DNA of 64,000 bases from Eledone cirrhosa (GCA_964016885.1 OZ024743.1:99572001-99636000), one strand, 5' to 3'. Positions 42,901 to 54,068 are shown, numbered from the stretch's first letter. Made by a program: numbers and translations. Notes: generated from the letters alone by a model not told the origin.

Positions 42901-45900
42901 TTAACTTCTGTCGTACAGCTTTAGTACCAATATTTAGTCTGTGGTACTGGTTCAGTACTAATATTTAGTTCTATGGTACAGGTTTAGTACCAATATTTAG
43001 TTCTGTGGTACAGGTTTAGTACCAATATATAGTTCTGTGGTACAGGTTTAGTACCAATATTTAGTTCTGTGGTTCAGGTTTAGTACCAATATTTAGTTCT
43101 GTAGTACAGGTTTAGTACCAATATTTAGTCTGTGATACAGACTTAGTACCAATATTTAGTCTGTGGTACAGGTTTAGTAACAATATTTTGTCTGTGGTAC
43201 AGGTTTAGTACCAATATTTAGTTCTATGGTACAGGTTTAGTACCAATATTTAGTTCCGTGGTACAGGTTTGGTACCAATATTTAGTCTGTGGTACAGGTT
43301 TAGTACCAATATTTATTCTGCGGTACAGGTTTACTACCAATATTTACTTCTGTGATACTGTGTTGCTACCAATATTTAGTTATGTGGTACAGGTTTAGTA
43401 CCAATATTTAGTTCTGTGGTACAGGTTTAGTACCAATATTTAGTTCTCTCATACAGGTTTAGTACCTATATTTAGTCTGTGGTACAGGTTTAGTACCAAT
43501 ATTTAGTCTGTGGTACAGCTTTAGTACCAATATTTAGTCTGTGGTGTAGGTTTAGTATCAATATTTAGTCTGTGGTACAGGTTTAGTATCAATATTTAGT
43601 CTATGGTACAGGTTTAGTACCTATATTTAGTTCTGTAGTACAGGTTTAGTACCAATATTTATTTCGTGGTACAGGTTTAGTACCAATATTTAGTCTGTGG
43701 TACAGGTTTAGTACCAATATTTAGTCTGTGGTACAGGTTTAGTAACAATATTTAGTTCTGTGCTAGTAAATTAGTACCAATATTTACTTCTGTGGTACAG
43801 GTTTACTATCAATATTTAGTCTGTGGTCCAGGTTTAGTACCAATATTTAGTCTGTGGTCCAGGTTTAGTACCAATATTTAGTTTGTGGTACAGGTTTAGT
43901 CACAATTTTTACTTCTGTGGTACAGATTTAGTACCAATATTTAGTTCTGTGGCACAGGTTTACTATCAATATTTAGTCTGTGTTACAGGTTTAGTACCAA
44001 TATTTAGTCTGTGGTACATGTTTAGTACCAATATTCAGTCTGTGGTACAGGTTTAGTACCAATATTTAGTCTGTGGTATAGGTTTAGTACCAATATTTAG
44101 TCTGTGGTACAGGTTTAGTACCAATATTTAGTTCTGTAGTACAGTTTTAATACCAATATTTAGTTCTGTGGTACAGGTTGAGTACCAATATTTAGTTCTG
44201 TTGTACAGGTTTAATACCAATATTTAGTCTGTGGTACTGTTTTAGTACCAATATTTAGTTCTATGGTACAGGTTTAGTACCAATATTTAGTTCTGTGGTA
44301 GAGGTTTAGTACCAATATTTAGTTCTGTAGTACAGGTTTAGTACCAATATTTAGTCTGTGATACAGATTTAGTAACAATATTTAGTCTGTGGTACAGGTT
44401 TAGTAACAATATTTTGTCTGTGGTACAGGTTTAGTACCAATATTTAGTTCTATGGCACAGGTTTAGTACCAATATTTAGTTCTGTGGTACAGGTTTAGTA
44501 CCAATATTTAGTTCTGTGGTACAGGTTTAGTACCAATATTTAGTCTGTGTTACAGATTTAGTAACAATATTTAGTCTGTGGTACAGGTTTGGTATCAATA
44601 TTTATTCTGTGGTACAGGTTTAGTACCAATATTTAGTCTGCGGTACAGGTTTAGTACCAATATTTACTCCATGGGACAGGTTTAGTAACAATATTTAGTT
44701 CTGTGGTACAGATTTAGTAACAATATTTAGTTCTGTCGTACAGGTTTACTATCAATATTTAGTCTGTGGTACAGGTTTAGTACCAATATTTAGTTCTGTG
44801 ATACTATGTTACTACCAATATTTAGTTATGTGGTGCAGGTTTAGTACCAATATTTAGTCTGTGGTACAGGTTTAGTACCAATATTAACTTCTGTCGTACA
44901 GCTTTAGTACCAATATTTAGTCTGTGGTACTGGTTCAGTACTAATATTTAGTTCTATGGTACAGGTTTAGTACCAATATTTAGTTCTGTGGTACAGGTTT
45001 AGAACCAATATATAGTTCTGTGGTACAGGTTTAGTACCAATATTTAGTTCTGTGGTTCAGGTTAAGTACCAATATTTAGTTCTGTAGTACAGGTTTAGTA
45101 CCAATATTTAGTCTGTGATACAGCCTTAGTACCAATATTTAGTCTGTGGTACAGGTTTAGTACCAATATTTAGTCTGTGGTACAGGTTTAGTACCAATAT
45201 TTAGTTCTGTGATACTGTGTTACTACCAATATTTAGTTATGTGGTACAGGTTTAGTACCAATATTTAGTTCTGTGGTACAGGTTTAGTACCAATATTTAG
45301 TCTGTGGTACTGGTTTAGTACCAATATTTAGTTCTGCGGTACAGGTTTAGTACCAATATTTAGTCTGTGGTACACGTTTAGTACCAATATTTAGTCTGTG
45401 GTACAGGTTTAGTACCAATATTTAATCTGTGGTACAGGTCTGGTATCAATATTTAGTCTGTGGTACAGGTTTAGTACAAATATTTAGTTCTGTGGTACAG
45501 GTTTAGTACAAATATTTAGTCTGTGGTACAGGTTTAGTACCAATATTTAGTTCGTGGTACAGGTTTAGTACAAATATTTAGTTCTGTGGTACAGGTTTAG
45601 TACAAATATTTAGTCTGTGGTACAGGTTTAGTACCAATATTTAGTTCGTGGTACAGGTTTAGTACAAATATTTAGTCTGTGGTACAGGTCTAGTACCAAT
45701 ATTTAGTCTGTGGTAACAGGTTTAGTACGAATATTTAGTTCTGTGGTACAGTTTTTGTACCAATATTTAGTTCTGTGCTACAGGTTTAGTACCAATATTT
45801 AGTTCTGTGGTACAGGTTTAGTACCAATATTTAGTCTGTGGTACAGGTTTAGTACCAATATTTAGTTCTATGGTACTGGTTTAGTACCAATATTTGGTCT

Positions 45901-48360
45901 GTGGTACAGGTTTAGTATTAATATTTAGTCTGTGGTACAGGTTTGGTACCAATATTAAGTTCTGTCGTACAGGTTTAGTACCAATATTTTGTCTGTGGTA
46001 CAAGTTTAGTACCAATATTTTGTCTGTGGTACAGGTTTAGTACCTATATTTAGTTCTGTGGTACAGGTTTAGTACCAATATTTAGTCTGTGGTACAGGTT
46101 TAGTACCAATATTTAGTTTGTGGTACAGGTTTAGTAACAATATTTAGTTCTGTGGTACAGATTTAGTACCAATATTTAGTTCTGTGGTACAGGTTTACTA
46201 TCAACATTTAGTCTGTGTTACAGGTTTAGTACCAATATTTAGTCTGTGGTACAGGTTTAGTACCAATATTTAGTCTGTGGTACAGGTTTAGTACCTAAAT
46301 TTAGTTCTGTGGTACAGGTTGAGTATCAATATTTAGTCTGTGGTACAGGTTTAGTACCATATTTAGTCTGTGGTGTAGGTTTAGTATCAATATTTAGTCT
46401 GTGGTACAGGTTTAGTATCAATATTTAGTCTATGGTACAGGTTTAGTTCCTATATTTAGTTCTGTGGTACAGGTTAATACCAATATTTAGTCTGTTGTAC
46501 AGTTTTAGTACCAATATTTAGTGTGTGGTACAGGTTTAATACCAATATTTAGTTTTGTGGTAGAGGTTTAGTACCAATATTTACTCTGTCGTACAGGTTT
46601 AGTACGAATATTTAGTTCTGTGACACAGGTTTATAGTACCAATAATTAGTTCTGTGGTACAGGTTTAGTACCAATATTTAGTCTGTGGTACAGGTTTAGT
46701 ACCAATATTTAGTCTGTGGTACAGGTTTAGTAACAATATTTTCTTCTGTTGTAGAAATTTCGCACCAATATTTAGTTCTGTGGTACAGGTTTACTATCAA
46801 TATTTAGTCTGTGTTACAGCTTTAGTACCAATATTTAGTTTGTGGTACAGGTTTAGTCACAATTTTTACTTCTGTGGTAGAGATTTAGTACCAATATTTA
46901 GTTCTGTGGTACTGGTTTAGTACCAATATTTAGTTCTGTGGTACAGGTTTAGTACCAATATTTAGTCTGTGGTACAGGTTTAGTACCAATATTAACTTCT
47001 GTCGTACAGCTTTAGTACCAATATTTAGTCTGTGGTACTGGTTCAGTACTAATATTTAGTTCTATGGTACAGGTTTAGTACCAATATTTAGTTCTGTGGT
47101 ACAGGTTTAGTACCAATATATAGTTCTGTGGTACAGGTTTAGTACCAATATTTAGTTCTGTGGTTCAGGTTTAGTACCAATATTTAGTTCTGTAGTACAG
47201 ACTTAGTACCAATATTTAGTCTGTGGTACAGGTTTAGTAACAATATTTTGTCTGTGGTACAGGTTTAGTACCAATATTTAGTTCTATGGTACAGGTTTAG
47301 TACCAATATTTAGTTCCGTGGTACAGGTTTGGTACCAATATTTAGTCTGTGGTACAGGTTTAGTACCAATATTTATTCTGCGGTACAGGTTTACTACCAA
47401 TATTTACTTCTGTGATACTGTGTTGCTACCAATATTTAGTTATGTGGTACAGGTTTAGTACCAATATTTAGTTCTGTGGTACAGGTTTAGTACCAATATT
47501 TAGTTCTCTCATACAGGTTTAGTACCTATATTTAGTCTGTGGTACAGGTTTAGTACCAATATTTAGTCTGTGGTACAGCTTTAGTACCAATATTTAGTCT
47601 GTGGTGTAGGTTTAGTATCAATATTTAGTCTGTGGTACAGGTTTAGTATCAATATTTAGTCTATGGTACAGGTTTAGTACCTATATTTAGTTCTGTAGTA
47701 CAGGTTTAGTACCAATATTTATTTCGTGGTACAGGTTTAGTACCAATATTTAGTCTGTGGTACAGGTTTAGTACCAATATTTAGTCTGTGGTACAGGTTT
47801 AGTAACAATATTTAGTTCTGTGCTAGTAAATTAGTACCAATATTTACTTCTGTGGTACAGGTTTACTATCAATATTTAGTCTGTGGTCCAGGTTTAGTAC
47901 CAATATTTAGTCTGTGGTCCAGGTTTAGTACCAATATTTAGTTTGTGGTACAGGTTTAGTCACAATTTTTACTTCTGTGGTACAGATTTAGTACCAATAT
48001 TTAGTTCTGTGGCACAGGTTTACTATCAATATTTAGTCTGTGTTACAGGTTTAGTACCAATATTTAGTCTGTGGTATATGTTTAGTACCAATATTCAGTC
48101 TGTGGTACAGGTTTAGTACCAATATTTAGTCTGTGGTATAGGTTTAGTACCAATATTTAGTCTGTGGTACAGGTTTAGTACCAATATTTAGTTCTGTAGT
48201 ACAGTTTTAATACCAATATTTAGTTCTGTGGTACAGGTTGAGTACCAATATTTAGTTCTGTTGTACAGGTTTAATACCAATATTTAGTCTGTGGTACTGT
48301 TTTAGTACCAATATTTAGTTCTATGGTACAGGTTTAGTACCAATATTTAGTTCTGTGGTA
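31000..48360. repeat. Higher-order repeat domain of satellite A (periods 4942, 4091 and 4091/4060 bp)
   Basis: Rare markers recur in register: TTCTCTCATAC at 34411/39353/43444/47504; TAGTAAATT at 34731/39673/43764/47824; (GGT)AACAGG at 32591/37533/41624/45715. Confidence 0.93.
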
Positions 48361-49117
48361 CAGGTTTAGTACCAATAATTAGTTCTGTGGTACAGGTTTA
48401 GTACCAATATTTCGTCTGCGGTACAGGTTTAGTATCAATATTTAGTTCTGTGGTACAGGTTTAGTACCAATATTTAGTCTGTGGTACAGATTTAGTATTT
48501 GTATTTAGTCAGGGGTACAGCTTTAGTATCAATATTTAGTCTGTGGTACAGGTTTAGTATCAATATTTAGTCTGTGGTACAGGTTGAGTATCAATATTTA
48601 GTCTGTGGCACATGTTTAGTATCAATATTTAGTTCTGTGGTACAGGGTTCAGTACCAATATTTAGTCTGTGGTACAGGTTTAGTACCAATATTTAGTCTG
48701 TGGTACAGGTTTAGTATTAATATTTAGTCTGTGGTACAGGTTTAGTACCAATATTTAGTTCTGTCGTACAGGTTTAGTACCAATATTTAGTATGTGGTAC
48801 AGGTTTAGTACCAATATTTAGTCCGTGGTACAGGTTTAGTACCAATATTTAGTCCGTGGTACAGGTTTAGTAACAATATTTAGTTCTCTGGTACAGATTT
48901 AGTACCAATATTTAGTCTGTGGTACAGGTTTAGTACCAATATTTAGTCCGTGGTACAGGTTTAGTACCAATATTTAGTCTGTGGTACAGATTTAGCACCA
49001 ATATTTAGTCTGTGGTACAGGTTTAGTACCAATATTTAGTTTGGTGGTAATTTTCATTTCTTGTTTCATTTATATTACTTTTTCTATTTTCTTTCTATTA
49101 GGTTTGAAAATTGGTGC

Positions 49118-49410
49118 TGAACCCTTTAACATTCACATTACTCTATATTTACTATTGTATTGTCATAGTAACATAGGCTTTACCTCACATAATATTTACA
49201 TTACTCTCTATATTCTATTGTATTTTTAAGGTAAACACTTTATTTCACATAATTATCTCACATAATATCGAATCTTCGAGATTTTTATATTGTTTATTTT
49301 AAGAACAATACCCTAACATCAGTATGAGCAGCCTGTTATAGCTGGTTTGAACAGAAAAAGGTGAGATAATTCTGGCCGGATACGGCCTTGTTCAAATGCT
49401 AAAGGGTTAA
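49118..49410. mobile_element. Non-autonomous DNA transposon (MITE) with piggyBac-like termini
   Basis: TIR CCCTTTAACATT (49122-49133) matches AATGCTAAAGGG (49395-49406) at 11/12 positions. Flanked by TGAA (degenerate) and TTAA. About 290 bp, no ORF. Confidence 0.75.
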
Positions 49411-49680
49411 TACTGTTGTGGTCAATTTAATACAGGTTTTTAGATTTATTAACTTGGATGTACATATTGGATTCTTGTATTTATTCCTCCGCCTACCCCT
49501 CCTTACCATTTTTCCATGAATTGAACAAGTTCTCTCCAGTAAAGCTTCTCTCCACTCATTTCTTTCCTTTGTGAGATGTAATTATTTGAGATCAGCTTCA
49601 ACCTCTGCGCCACTCTTTCTTGGTCTTCCACTTTCACTTAGAACTCTTGGAGCTTCTTCATCCACCAATCATTATCCATA

Positions 49681-49868
49681 GTGGATTGGCAGTATCGGTA
49701 GAGGGTCGGACACTATGCTTTGACGCATAGAGTTACGGCCCTTGCCATTCTGAGTTCAAATCCCATTGAGGTTAACTTTGCCTTTCATCCTTACGGGGGA
49801 CGATAAAATAAAGTACCAGTAATGTACTGGTTAATTGCTGGCCTTGTGCCAAAAGTAGAAACAATTAT
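49681..49868 (+). mobile_element. tRNA-derived SINE, same family as the copy at 7698
   Basis: Colinear with 7701-7884 (A box, B box, central domain, GTAGAAACAATTAT end). Degenerate TSD ATTATCCATA (49671-49680) / ATTATCTATT (49864-49873). Confidence 0.92.
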
Positions 49869-49988
49869 CTATTATGTCACAGTATTAATTTACTTCAGAA
49901 ATTGTTATTGATTTGTTTAATATTTTTTATTTTTGTGAGTTGTACTAGTTCGTAATTGACTTGATCTGAGACTGTGATGAAACTAAAG

Positions 49989-50634
49989 CAGCTCCTTTCA
50001 TTTCATATCATTTTGTATTTACTGCTGTGACCCTACCTGTTTTGGTCGATCTGTGTACCCTCCACACTTTCGCATCGACCCTCCCTTCTCCTCCTCACTT
50101 TTGGTTGCTCGTGTCTCTCTCTCACTTCCTCCTGTCTATGTGAGAGGCAGCACGATTACACCAGCTCTGAGTCGTACCTGACCACCAGGCTAAAGTCTCC
50201 CAGGCTGGCCACAACTTACTTTCCCTATTTTTCCACGGTTATCCTTTCACATGTTTCTTTCACCTGTGTCTTCCCATGATGGGACCTGTACACTTTTTTT
50301 TCTCTTATTCCTTTCCTATTATTTCCCCTTTTCCCTTCCCTCTTTCTCCCTATTTTCCCCCCCTGTTCTTCCTCTTTTCCCTGTCTCTCCTTTTTTCTCG
50401 CCTTTTTTCTCTCTTTCTCTCTCCTTTTCCACCTGGCCTTTTGATTAATAAAAGGCCTCGGGCACACCCGAACTACACCAATGTCCTGTAATTCAGCGCC
50501 GAAACATCGGATCGAGAAACATTTACAACTGACGATGGAAACACATTTCTTCTTTCTCCTACTGTTCAGTCTTAACCACCATCCTAAACCTTATTTTTAG
50601 TAACCACACAGCTCCTTTCGTTTCATATCATTTT
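49989..50634 (+). mobile_element. CT-rich non-coding element bounded by a 26-bp direct repeat; possibly derived from a Penelope-like element
   Basis: CAGCTCCTTTC(A/G)TTTCATATCATTTT at 49989 and 50609 (620 bp apart). Polypyrimidine body; CCGAAAC and CTGACGATGG motifs at 50499-50538. The family assignment is inference. Confidence 0.4.
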
Positions 50635-50656
50635 ATATATATATATTATACTATAT

Positions 50657-50740
50657 ATCATCATCATTTTACATCCGCTTTTCCCTACTTGCAAGGGTGG
50701 GATGGGAACTGATTCTAGCTTGATTTCTACAGCTGGATGC
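50657..50740 (-). mobile_element. Short 3' fragment of an RTE LINE or RTE-dependent SINE
   Basis: (CAT)n tail on the + strand, a terminal stem-loop like that of the 54305 element, and GCTTGATTTCTACAGCTGGATGC shared with the 52580 element. Confidence 0.8.
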
Positions 50741-50782
50741 TCTATATATATATCATATAGTATATTTTTATATATATATATA

Positions 50783-51673
50783 GAGTCAAAAGGACTTAAA
50801 ATTAACCTGGCTAAGACCAAAGTTCTAGTCTGTAGGAAAGAAAACAAGGCGGCGGTCCCTTCTGGGAAATGGTCGTGCTCGGTGTGTAGGAAAGGCGTAG
50901 GTAGAAACTCCATTTTGTGTCCTAAATGCAAAGTATGGGTGCATAAAAGATGTAGTGGGATCACAGGTAAGCTAACTAAGAACATAGATTTTACATGTGG
51001 CCGGTGTTCTGGTGCAATAAGTAGCAGCAAGTGCCCACACAATACTAGCTCTTTCAATTGCGCAGAGGGTTCTATAGAAATAGTGGACAGCTTCCGTTAC
51101 CTGGGCGATAAAATCAGCAGTGGGGGAGGGTGCTCTGAAAGTACTGTAGCTAGAGTCAGAACTGGTTGGAAAAAGTTCAGAGAGCTTATACCACTATTAG
51201 CTGCTAAAGGGTTCTCCCTAAAAATGAAAGGCAGGTTGTACGATGCCTGCATACGAACAGCAATGTTGCATGGCAGTGAGACCTGGGCATTGTGTGCAGA
51301 GGATATACGCAGACTAGAGAGGAACGAAGCTTGCATGCTCCGCTGGATGTGTAACAGTAATATACGTGAACGGCAAAGCATAAACGAACTAAGGAAAAAA
51401 TTAGAGATAAGAGGGATCAGATGTTGTTTACTCGAGAGAAGGCTACGTTGGTATGGACACGTGATGCGCATGAAAGTCGATAGCTGTATAACAAAGTGCA
51501 GGGCAATAAAGATAGACGGTAGCCACGGAATAGGCAGACCTAGAAAAACCTGGGACGAGCTGATAAACTCCGACCTCACACACTTACACCTCTCCAAGAC
51601 AATGTCACTGGACCGAGACCTTTGGCGGTACTCAGTAACAGAGAAGACCCGCCTTGCCAGTAGGCATCTCTAA
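50783..51673 (+). pseudogene. Uninterrupted C-terminal fragment of RTE ORF2 (RT motifs 6-7 with inserted PHD-type finger, thumb and C-terminal region)
   Basis: ORF 50702-51673. Its first 27 codons come from flanking repeat and TA sequence; it lacks YADD and APE. Confidence 0.9.
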
Positions 51674-52032
51674 CAAAATACACCCCGTCCCACCACCACC
51701 ACCCCCACCCCATCCACACCACCCCGTCCTATGTAAAGTTATGTTGGTGCCGCGCCATCCGGGCCGAAACAAATGAGATCGTGTAGGTGTCACGACAAAA
51801 AACACACAGTCCACGCTGTAATGTGGCCGTGTAGGCAACACGGTAAAAACCTCCCAGACCCACACTGTAAATGTGGTTGGTGTTAGGAAGGGCATCCAAC
51901 TGTAGAAAACCTGCCAGACAGTCCTATGCGAGCAAGACAATCACTCTTGCCTCAAGTGGGACTACCCCGTCCAAACCCATGCAAGCGTGGAACACGGACG
52001 TTAAACGTTGATGATGATGATGATGATGATGA
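50783..52032 (+). mobile_element. RTE-clade non-LTR retrotransposon copy 1 (5'-truncated; RT C-terminal half, 3'UTR, (GAT)n tail)
   Basis: GLKINLAKTKVL, VDSFRYLG, MLHGSETW, RRLRWYGHVMR and GRPRKTW motifs typical of RTE ORF2. Tail GATGAT at about 52010-52032. Confidence 0.95.
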
Positions 52033-52043
52033 AATATATATAT

Positions 52044-52537
52044 ATAAACTCCGACCTCACACACTTACACCTCTCCAAGACAATGTCACTGGACCGAGAC
52101 CTTTGGTGGTACTCAGTAATAGAGAAGACCCGCCTTACCTAAATACATAGTAAAACCTACTACAGTCAATAGGCATCTCTAACAAAATACACCCCCGTCC
52201 CACCACCCCCTCCCCATCCACACCGCCCCCTTCTATGTAAAGTTGTGTTGGTGCCACACCATCCAGGCCGAAACAAATGAGATCGTGTAGGTGTCACGAC
52301 AAAAAAACACACAGTCCACGCTGTAATGTGGCCGTGTAGGCAATACGGTAAAAACCTCCCAGACCCACACTGTAAATGTGGTTGGTGTTAGGAAGGGCAT
52401 CCAACTGTAGAAAACCTGCCAGACAGTCCTATGCGAGCAAGACAATCACTCTTGCCTCAAGTGGGAAAACCCCCCGTCCAAACCCATGCAAGCGTGGAAC
52501 ACGGACGTTAAACGTTGATGATGATGATGATGATGAT
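52044..52537 (+). mobile_element. Second, shorter 3' copy of the RTE copy 1 family in tandem
   Basis: Near-identical to 51563-52032 plus an extra ~28 bp at about 52137-52169. Has its own (GAT)n tail. Confidence 0.95.
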
Positions 52538-52579
52538 ATATATATATAGATATATATTATATATATATATATATATATA

Positions 52580-54068
52580 TCATCATCATCATCACCATCT
52601 TACGTCCGTTCTTCCACGCTAGCATGGGTTAGACGGGTTGTCCTGTTGTGGGCAGTGTCTGGTCGGCTGACCATGCCTTGCTCATACAGGAACTGATTTG
52701 GCTTGATTTCTACAGCTGGATGCCCTTCCTAACACCAACCTCATTTACACTGAGTGCTGGGTGCTTTTTCGTGGCGCCTACACATCCACTTTACAGTGTG
52801 GGCTGGGTGCTTTTTTGCCGTGGCACCTCCACGACCACCTTGCAGTGGGGGGTGTGGGGGCATATTGTCTATATGCTTCAGCTTGTACCCATGGGAGGTC
52901 AGGTACTCTGTATTACTGCGTGACGCCAGAGCTCACGGTCGTGTGTCATCGCCTTTGAAAGGTGTAATTGGTTAAGGTCGGCTTTTATCACCTCATCCCA
53001 GGTTATCTTGGGTCTCCCCACTTCGCGGTTTCCATTGACTTCTAGAGCTCTACACCTTTTTATGCAGCTGTCATCCTTCATACGCATCACACATCCATCG
53101 GAGCATGCAGGCTTCGTTTCTCTCTAATCTACGCAAGTCTTCCACCTTCAGCGCCCAGGTCTCACTACCATGCAACATCGCTGTTCAGATACACGCATCA
53201 TACAGTCTGCCTTTCATTTTGAGGGAGAAGCCTTTTTCAGCTAGCAGTGGTAGTAGTTCCCTAAACTTCTTCCATCCTGTTCTTACCCTAGTTATTGTAC
53301 TTTCTGAACACCCACCTCTGCTGCTAATTCGGTCACCTAGGTAGCAGAAGCTGTCTACTGTTTCTACAGAGCCCTCCCAGAGATTGGTGGTACTTGTTTC
53401 CTGTGGCTGTTTGCTGCTTGCTGTCCCAGCACAGCTGCTGCATGTGAAGCCTACATTCTTAATTAAGCTTCCTGAGATCCCGCTACATCTCTTGTATACC
53501 CATTGTTTGCATTTGGAGCAGAGAATGGAGTTCCTACCTACACCTTTCCTACATACTGAGCAAAGCCATTTCCCTGAGGGGATCTGGGTTCTGTTTTCTC
53601 ATCTACTTACAAGGACCTTAGTCTTTGTCTTGTTGACTTTGAGACCCTTTCTTTCTAGTCCCTGCTTCCAAGTTTGGAATTTCTTCTCTAGTTCTACCAT
53701 AGATTCAGCTATAAGTGCGAGGTCATCAGCATACAGGAGTTCCCATGGGCATCCGGTCTTAAACTCCTCCGGGGGCCAACCTGTACGCTAAATTCCTCGC
53801 TATACTCATTGCTAATTCTAACTTTGCTGACTGCTCCCCTATACATGGCTTGTACCACTTTCACAAGCCATTCATCTACTCCTAGTTTTCTAAGAGCCCA
53901 CCAGATTACATCAGTGGTGCCTCTTCCTGGTACAAACTCAAATTGCATCTCGTCTAGTTTCACCCGGTCCCTAATCAACTGTGGTATAACTCTTTCTGTT
54001 ACTCTCATGACCTGGTCCATCAGCTTCATACCTCTATAGTTTCCTCTATCTAGTGCATCACCTTTACG
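52580..54068 (-). mobile_element. RTE-clade LINE copy 2 (5'-truncated, internally deleted, degenerate RT)
   Basis: (CAT)n tail at 52580. Minus strand encodes KGDALDRGNYRGMKL, LDEMQF..PGRGTTD, LLYADDL, a PHD-type finger and GRPKITW. Deletions near 53095, 53770 and 53905. Confidence 0.94.

Larger units (their letters stand above)
1..49040. repeat. Satellite A: tandem array of 31/32-bp monomers, consensus TCTGTGGTACAGGTTTAGTA(C/T)CAATATTTAG(T), about 1,550 copies; continues beyond the left edge
   Basis: Periodicity read directly (TATTTAG at 131 and 162; 32-bp variant with TTCTG). Single orientation throughout; abrupt end near 49040. Confidence 0.99.

Noticed and set aside
1-49040. CRISPR array (31-32-bp hairpin repeats)
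   Set aside because: Monomers are contiguous with no unique spacers, there are no cas genes, and the context is eukaryotic.
1-49040. Telomeric repeat (GGTTTAG)
   Set aside because: There are no tandem TTAGGG/TTAGG units; it is only a sub-motif of the monomer.
50702-51673. Intact 323-aa host gene or domesticated RT
   Set aside because: The start and first 27 codons come from another repeat fragment and TA sequence. The rest is a 5'-truncated LINE lacking YADD.
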